A DNA stretch of 32,000 nucleotides from NCBI GenBank assembly GCA_030604855.1, contig JAUVVC010000010.1, forward strand, positions 1-32,000, written 5' to 3'. A program made the translations under genes and the position numbers. A model generated the notes under the pieces. It saw only the letters and a program-made list of their open reading frames with translations. It was not told the origin of the DNA and made no database searches. This DNA is from Erysipelotrichaceae bacterium (lineage in GTDB: Bacteria > Bacillota_I > Bacilli_A > Erysipelotrichales > Erysipelotrichaceae). Positions 26,659-32,000 of this stretch are shown here, in pieces. Positions within the stretch are counted from its first letter, which is position 1; each line of letters starts with the position of its first letter.

Positions 26659-28368
26659 ATGTTAAAAGGGATTGCGGCGAGCAGTGGTGTAGTAGTAGCG
26701 AAGGCATATAAACTGGTTCAACCAGTGTTGGACATCTCACGTAGAAGTGTCGATGTGGAACCAGAATTGCTTAAGTTTGAAGAAGCGCTTGTCAAGACAC
26801 GAAATGATATACAGACGATCAAAGAAAAAGCAGTTGGTCGTTTATCGGATGATGATTTGGCGATTTTCGATGCCCACTTGATGGTCACACATGATCCTGA
26901 ATTCACAGGTCAAATGATTGAAATGATCAAAGCAGAAGGCATCAATGCCGAATTCGCCTGTCAAGAAGTCAGTGGCATGTTCATAAACATGTTTGAATCC
27001 ATGGAAGATGCTTATTTTAGAGAACGTGCAGCGGATATCAAAGACGTTAGCTACCGTCTAAGTTGCCATATCATGGGCTATGAACTTGCGAACCTCTCCT
27101 TGATTCAAGAAGAAGTCGTCATCGTCGCACATGACTTGACGCCTTCCGATACAGCTCAATTGAATAAAGCCTTCACAAAAGGGTTCGCTACGGCAATCGG
27201 TGGTCGTACATCACACAGTGCGATCATGGCGCGTAGCTTGGAAATCCCAGCAGTCGTTGGTATTGCTGGTTTGTTGGATCATGTCAATCATGGTGATGTG
27301 ATTGTGTTGGATGCCTTGGATGGTGTCGTCTTGATCAATCCTAGCGAAGATGAATTGAAACACTATAAAGCAAAAGCAGAACGTTATGCGGATTTAAAGA
27401 ACAGTTTGAAAGTCTTGAAGGATGCGGAAAGCGTTACTTTGGATGGACATCATGTCGAACTCGTTGGTAATATCGGTAATCCTGTGGATGCGGATAAAGT
27501 ATTGGAAAATGGTGGTGAAGGGGTCGGACTCTATCGTACAGAATTCTTGTATATGGATGCTCAAGCGTTACCAAGTGAGGAAGATCAGTTTGTAGCTTAC
27601 AAATCCGTATTGGAAAAGATGGGTTCAAGACCAACCGTTGTCCGCACATTGGACATTGGTGGCGACAAAGAACTCAGTTACTTGCCTTTCCCACATGAAA
27701 TGAATCCATTCTTAGGCTATCGTGCGATTCGTTTATGTTTGGATCGTACGGATATCTTCAAGACACAGGTTCGCGCCTTGTTGAGATCGAGTGTTTTTGG
27801 TAAGCTGTGCATCATGTTTCCAATGATCGCGACGTTGGATGAGTTCAGAACAGCGAAGAAGTTTGTCAAGGATACAGAGGCTGAACTCTTGGCTGAAGGT
27901 CATGCGGTTTCTAAGGATTACCAATTGGGTATGATGGTTGAAATTCCTGCGGCAGCGATCTTAGCGGATCAATTTGCCAAGGAAGCGGACTTCTTATCCA
28001 TTGGAACCAATGACTTGATTCAATACTCGATGGCTGCGGATCGTATGAATGAAAAAGTATCGTATCTCTATCAACCGTACAATCCATCCCTCTTACGTCT
28101 TATCAAATTGACCATCGATGGTGGTCATAAAGAAGGCAAATGGGTGGGTATGTGTGGTGAGATGGCCGGTGAAGAAATGGCTGCTCCTTTGCTTTTGGGC
28201 TTAGGTTTGGATGAATTCTCCATGAGTGCCAGCAGTATTTTACAATCCCGCAAGATGATTCGCTCATTGAAATACAGTGAAATGAAAGAAATGGCGGATA
28301 AAGCGTTGAACATGAGCAATGAGGCTGAAGTGGTCGCATTGGTCAAGAAAACTTTAAAATTAGATTAA
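26659..28368 (+). CDS. ptsI: Phosphoenolpyruvate-protein phosphotransferase (PTS enzyme I)
   Basis: 569 aa beginning 'GIAASSGVVVAKAY', with the active-site His loop 'GGRTSHSAIMARSLEIPAVVG', 'GLYRTEFLYM' and 'FLSIGTNDLIQY'. SD 'aaggagga'. Confidence 0.95.
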   Translation: MLKGIAASSGVVVAKAYKLVQPVLDISRRSVDVEPELLKFEEALVKTRNDIQTIKEKAVGRLSDDDLAIFDAHLMVTHDPEFTGQMIEMIKAEGINAEFACQEVSGMFINMFESMEDAYFRERAADIKDVSYRLSCHIMGYELANLSLIQEEVVIVAHDLTPSDTAQLNKAFTKGFATAIGGRTSHSAIMARSLEIPAVVGIAGLLDHVNHGDVIVLDALDGVVLINPSEDELKHYKAKAERYADLKNSLKVLKDAESVTLDGHHVELVGNIGNPVDADKVLENGGEGVGLYRTEFLYMDAQALPSEEDQFVAYKSVLEKMGSRPTVVRTLDIGGDKELSYLPFPHEMNPFLGYRAIRLCLDRTDIFKTQVRALLRSSVFGKLCIMFPMIATLDEFRTAKKFVKDTEAELLAEGHAVSKDYQLGMMVEIPAAAILADQFAKEADFLSIGTNDLIQYSMAADRMNEKVSYLYQPYNPSLLRLIKLTIDGGHKEGKWVGMCGEMAGEEMAAPLLLGLGLDEFSMSASSILQSRKMIRSLKYSEMKEMADKALNMSNEAEVVALVKKTLKLD

Positions 28369-28371
28369 GCA

Positions 28372-28393
28372 AAAGGTGGAGCGATCCACCTTT
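28372..28393. terminator. Bidirectional terminator between ptsI and azlD
   Basis: aaaggtgga (28372-28380), loop gcga, tccaccttt (28385-28393). Confidence 0.65.
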
Positions 28394-28718
28394 AAAATAC
28401 AACATTGAAGAGAACTAAATAAACCAAGGATCCCAAACCAATGCTTAACAAGGTGTTATGGTACTTTGTGTGAATCAGCGTGATGAAGCCCATGGCAATA
28501 AGTTCAGATGCACCATAGGGCATCTTAGTAAGATCCACATCTTTCAGTGCGTACATAAGCAATAAGCCCAAGGATGCATAGGGAAGTCGTTGAGCTAGGA
28601 AGTTCAACCATTGTGGTTGGGCTTTTTGTTCAGGAAAGATCAAGAAAGGTAGCCAACGGGTAAATTGTGTCGCAACAACCATCATCAAGATGGTGATGAA
28701 GAGTTGAGTGATATTCAT
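28392..28718 (-). CDS. azlD: Branched-chain amino acid transport protein AzlD
   Basis: About 108 aa hydrophobic protein ('MNITQLFITILMMVVATQFTRWLPF...'). ATGA overlap with the azlC stop (ATG 28718, TGA 28717-28715). The ORF-track start at 28733 is less likely. Confidence 0.75.
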   Translation of the reverse strand: MNITQLFITILMMVVATQFTRWLPFLIFPEQKAQPQWLNFLAQRLPYASLGLLLMYALKDVDLTKMPYGASELIAMGFITLIHTKYHNTLLSIGLGSLVYLVLFNVVF

Positions 28719-29398
28719 CGAGATGCCCTCCATTTCGTCTCAATGACCATGGCAAATAGAATTAAAATCATGGCTAACAATAAGAATTGAGCTCTACCGA
28801 CAAGGTAGAATGCAACGAGTGTACAGACGAACCCAATCAAAAGATACAAACGATGGGCTTTGATCTTCCATTGATTCAAGAATAAAACATAAAACAGAGC
28901 CGTAAGTACAAATTCAAATCCTTTGATGGAGTCGGGAATCATGAAGGACAACTGGTGCCCTAAGATCGAAGCAATGTTCCAATACAGATAATTCAAAAGG
29001 GTGACGATAAAGTAAAACAGTTTCTTATGAACGGATTCATCAAGATCAACCCCGGCGTTGATGGAAAAGGTCTCATCGGTCAAACCAAAAATCATGAAGC
29101 TGCGTTTCTTTCCACTGTTTGCATATTTATCCAATACTGACATGCCATAAAAGAGGTGACGGATATTGATGAGTAAAGATACCAAGAAGGTGGACAATGG
29201 ATTAAACGCAGAAGAAAGGAGTGCAATAGCCGCAAACTGCATCGCCCCTGCAAACACAGTCAGACTCATAAAAGAGGTCCAGAATAGATTGAACCCTGTT
29301 TTGTTCATCAGAACACCGTAACTAAAACCCAAGAAGAGATAACCTGTCAAGACAGGCAATGTATACGGAAATGCTTTTTTAAGTGTTTTCAGAACCAT
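28715..29398 (-). CDS. azlC: Branched-chain amino acid permease/exporter AzlC
   Basis: 'AFPYTLPVLTGYLFLGFSYGVLM', 'GAMQFAAI' and 'LTDETF' are typical AzlC motifs. ATG 29398, preceded by the SD 'aaaggtggtggga', is preferred over the ORF-track start at 29449, which abuts the proC stop. Confidence 0.8.
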   Translation of the reverse strand: MVLKTLKKAFPYTLPVLTGYLFLGFSYGVLMNKTGFNLFWTSFMSLTVFAGAMQFAAIALLSSAFNPLSTFLVSLLINIRHLFYGMSVLDKYANSGKKRSFMIFGLTDETFSINAGVDLDESVHKKLFYFIVTLLNYLYWNIASILGHQLSFMIPDSIKGFEFVLTALFYVLFLNQWKIKAHRLYLLIGFVCTLVAFYLVGRAQFLLLAMILILFAMVIETKWRASR

Positions 29399-29449
29399 GA
29401 TCCCACCACCTTTTAGAGATAAGTTTATCAAAAATAAAAAGAACTTCAA

Positions 29450-30250
29450 TTATTTTTGAAGTTCTTCACCCAACTGCTTAGAGCGTAGGATGGTTTTTTG
29501 ACACATCTCCATCAAGATTTCATGGAGCTGAGAAGATCTTAACACCTTTAAACCTTCGATCGTAGTACCTCCCTTTGAAGCGACACGCGTCATCAAATCA
29601 TCCAAATCAGGATTGATTTTAGCCATCGAACTTGCCGCAAAGAAGCTTTCTGTAATCAATGATTTTGCCAATGCCTCCTCTAAGCCCAAATTTACGAGTG
29701 TTTGAACATAAGTCGCCATGATTTGATACACAAATGCGATGCCGGAACCAGACGCTGCGATGAACAATTCAAACTGATCTTCATTCAATTCCAATAGACT
29801 CCCACAGGCTTTGAACAATTGCTTAATGAACGCTAGTTCTGAAGCCTTCACATTGCCGTTATGACACATCGCGATGGAGCCAATGCCTATTGCAATCGCG
29901 GTATTGGGCATGAAGCGAATCAGCTTCACTTTAGGAAAAAGGCCTTTTTCAAGTTGATCCATCCTTAAACCCGCTGCTAAACTGATGAGGATCGCATCCG
30001 CTTTGATGTCCGCTCGAATCTCATCAAGCAAAGCAAACAACTGTTGTGGTTTTACTGCTAATACAACTACATCGGCATTGTGCACGGCTTTGTGATTATC
30101 GATCGTCTTGGTTATGTTGGGGTCATCAATCCCATCCAATTTCCCTTGGCTCCGGTTGCTTACCCAGACTTCATGTTCAAAGAAGGACCGATCGAGCCCT
30201 TTGAGAAATGCTTGGGTCATATTGCCAGCTCCAATAAAACTGATTTTCAT
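29450..30250 (-). CDS. proC: Pyrroline-5-carboxylate reductase
   Basis: 266 aa with the Rossmann motif 'ISFIGAGNMTQA', 'VVVLAVKPQ', 'RFMPNTAIAIG' and 'SKGGTTIEGL'. Confidence 0.88.
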   Translation of the reverse strand: MKISFIGAGNMTQAFLKGLDRSFFEHEVWVSNRSQGKLDGIDDPNITKTIDNHKAVHNADVVVLAVKPQQLFALLDEIRADIKADAILISLAAGLRMDQLEKGLFPKVKLIRFMPNTAIAIGIGSIAMCHNGNVKASELAFIKQLFKACGSLLELNEDQFELFIAASGSGIAFVYQIMATYVQTLVNLGLEEALAKSLITESFFAASSMAKINPDLDDLMTRVASKGGTTIEGLKVLRSSQLHEILMEMCQKTILRSKQLGEELQK

Positions 30251-30332
30251 TTCATTCTCCTTGTAAGAGGGTGTTGCATCTTACTTGAACTCTCGTGACA
30301 TCTTCGTTATCGTAGGACATCTAGGAGGGTCT

Positions 30333-30725
30333 ATGGAATTCACATTACAAACACCTACACTCTTATTCTCTGCCATATCGTTATTGATGTTGGCCTATAC
30401 CAATCGCTTCGTCGTGATCGCAAACCTGATTCGTGAACTCTACAACATACACAGCAACCAGCCATCGGATATCACTTTCGCACAATTGGTCAATCTTCGT
30501 AAACGCATGCGCATCATTCGCAACATGCAGGTTTTCGGTGGTTTGAGCTTTTTCTTCAGTGTCTTAAGCTTACTTCTCATTTTACTTGAACAGACTCGTT
30601 TTGCACAGACGATGTTTGCATTCAGTGTGGTCTTATTGTTGATTTCATTGGTTTTATTGTTGATGGAACTGCAAATCTCCGTGAACGCATTAAACATCCA
30701 ACTTAAAGACTTTGATCAGAAATAG
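30333..30725 (+). CDS. Small membrane protein, DUF2721-like
   Basis: About 130 aa counted from ATG 30333 (SD 'aggaggg'). 'LLFSAISLLMLAYTNRFVVIANLIREL' and 'RMRIIRNMQ' resemble DUF2721, with three TM segments. Confidence 0.5.
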   Translation: MEFTLQTPTLLFSAISLLMLAYTNRFVVIANLIRELYNIHSNQPSDITFAQLVNLRKRMRIIRNMQVFGGLSFFFSVLSLLLILLEQTRFAQTMFAFSVVLLLISLVLLLMELQISVNALNIQLKDFDQK

Positions 30726-30827
30726 GACATTCACTTAGTTTCATTTGATGATTCTTTGTTTTATAACACTTCTTTATACCAAAGCAAGTGATCCATCCAA
30801 ACGGTGAATACCAAGTTATGGGAATTG

Positions 30828-30836
30828 TGCTATAAT
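30828..30836 (+). promoter_or_regulatory. Extended -10 promoter (TGcTATAAT) for the EamA transporter gene
   Basis: TGCTATAAT at 30828-30836, 22 nt upstream of ATG 30859, which has the SD 'agaggtga'. Confidence 0.5.
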
Positions 30837-30858
30837 CGAACTTATTTAGAGGTGATGT

Positions 30859-31758
30859 ATGCTCAAGTCCAAACAAACCAAAACCTTGATTATCCTATCG
30901 TTCTTTGCGGTCTATGTCTTCTGGGGTGGAACCTATCTCGGCATGAAATTCGCATTGGAATCCTTTCCACCTTTCATCATGGCAGGTATCCGACATTTCA
31001 CGGCAGGCTTGATTCTTACCAGCATCGCCTATTTCAAGAAAGAGACATTCCCAAAGTTCAATGAACTCCGCAATGCGGCCATTGTTGGGACGCTTTTGCT
31101 CGTTGGTGGAAATGGTTTGGTTGCCTTTGCGGAAGTCCGTGTACCTTCCTCGATTGCGAGTTTGATCATCGCATCCGTACCCATTTGGATCAGTTTGTTG
31201 AACTGGTTTGGTAATGACCGCAAACGACCTGGAATCTGGGAGACACTTGCATTATCCTTGGGTATCCTAGGCATTGCCTTGATGGCCTTTCAAGGTCAAG
31301 ATACCAGTCAAAATATTGATCTGCTTGGCATCCTCATCCTTTTGATCGCATCCCTGTCTTGGTCCTTTGGCTCTCTCTATTCACGCAACGCATCGATGCC
31401 CAAGTCGTCATTCTACAGTGTTTCCATACAGATGTTGACGGGGGGGATCTTGCTGTTCATCCTATCGTTGAGTCTTCAAGAAGCACAGACTGTGATTTGG
31501 ACAGCGATAACAACTAAAGCACTGTGGGCAATGCTCTATCTGATTTTCTTTGGATCGATCCTAGCGTATACCGCTTATCTCTGGTTGTTGAAACAGGTGA
31601 ATCCAACCCTCGCTTCGACCAATGCCTTTGTGAATCCAGTCGTAGCCTTAGCTTTGGGTTGGTTCTTTGCGAATGAACGCCTTAGCACACAAGCTCTCTT
31701 CGCATCGATCTTGATTGTCATCGCTGTCGTCATTTTGACGTTTAAGAAAGGGAAGTAA
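30859..31758 (+). CDS. EamA/DMT-superfamily transporter
   Basis: 299 aa with 10 predicted TM helices in two EamA repeats ('FFAVYVFWGGTYLGMKFAL', 'FFGSILAYTAYLWLLKQVNPTLAST'). Confidence 0.8.
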   Translation: MLKSKQTKTLIILSFFAVYVFWGGTYLGMKFALESFPPFIMAGIRHFTAGLILTSIAYFKKETFPKFNELRNAAIVGTLLLVGGNGLVAFAEVRVPSSIASLIIASVPIWISLLNWFGNDRKRPGIWETLALSLGILGIALMAFQGQDTSQNIDLLGILILLIASLSWSFGSLYSRNASMPKSSFYSVSIQMLTGGILLFILSLSLQEAQTVIWTAITTKALWAMLYLIFFGSILAYTAYLWLLKQVNPTLASTNAFVNPVVALALGWFFANERLSTQALFASILIVIAVVILTFKKGK

Positions 31759-31759
31759 C

Positions 31760-32000
31760 ATGAAAGAAATATGTGTAGTTGTGGATATGATCAATGGATT
31801 CATCAATGAAGGACCTTTAGCGGATAAAAGCATTCAGGCCATCGTACCTGAAACCATCAAAACCATTCAAAGACATTTGGATGAAGGTAAAGATGTCTTA
31901 TCTTTTCAAGATACGCATACGATGGATTCCTTGGAGTTCAAGTCTTACCCACCGCATTGTTTAAAGGACACAACGGAGAGTGATCTGATTCCTGAATTGA
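31760..32000 (+). CDS. Isochorismatase-family cysteine hydrolase (nicotinamidase-like), 5' partial
   Basis: Translated by hand as MKEICVVVDMINGFINEGPLADKS...FQDTHT...YPPHCLKDTTESDLIPEL. The 'VVDMxNGF' and 'PPHC' motifs are typical of the family. The frame stays open to the window end and is not in the ORF track because it has no stop. Confidence 0.6.
   Translation, partial: MKEICVVVDMINGFINEGPLADKSIQAIVPETIKTIQRHLDEGKDVLSFQDTHTMDSLEFKSYPPHCLKDTTESDLIPEL

Noticed and set aside
30804-31064. 86-aa ORF overlapping the start of the EamA transporter gene
   Set aside because: It is out of frame with, and largely inside, the much longer and well-motifed EamA ORF. The promoter and SD at 30828-30855 serve the ATG at 30859.

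Overview
This 32 kb window looks like a core-chromosome segment from a low-to-moderate GC Bacillota-type genome, possibly Erysipelotrichia or Mollicutes-like; the genus cannot be assigned from sequence alone. I did not find a convincing novel multi-gene system, and there are no CRISPR, defence, toxin-antitoxin, phage or secretion signatures.

Gene content in order:
- The 3' end of an rRNA operon (23S tail and 5S) with a terminator.
- A tightly packed co-directional block: tsaE-tsaB-rimI-tsaD (t6A synthesis), rex, asnS, a membrane-anchored Amidase_3-like protein, an ABC-F ATPase and a PPi-type phosphofructokinase.
- A convergent DUF3899-like small membrane gene.
- One IS1595-family (DDNK-type) transposase, sitting just upstream of a near-consensus promoter.
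- An oppABCDF-type peptide ABC transporter.
- A lone tRNA-Ser(CGA).
- A nine-gene V/A-type ATPase operon.
- A small sigma-region-4-like ORF and ptsI.
- A minus-strand proC-azlC-azlD block.
- A DUF2721-like membrane protein, an EamA/DMT transporter and the 5' part of an isochorismatase-family hydrolase.

The points worth a second look are local oddities:
- The V-ATPase proteolipid has one c-type hairpin plus a non-homologous two-helix N-terminal extension.
- The amidase homologue has a zinc-ligand His replaced by Asn.
- The IS copy is flanked by a 13-bp direct repeat, and I found no inverted repeats.
- CodY-like boxes and repeats lie in the two opp regulatory regions.
- The small HTH-like ORF has no Shine-Dalgarno (SD) sequence.
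- The phosphofructokinase carries a mixed phosphoryl-donor signature.

All homology calls come from motif recognition by eye, not database searches.
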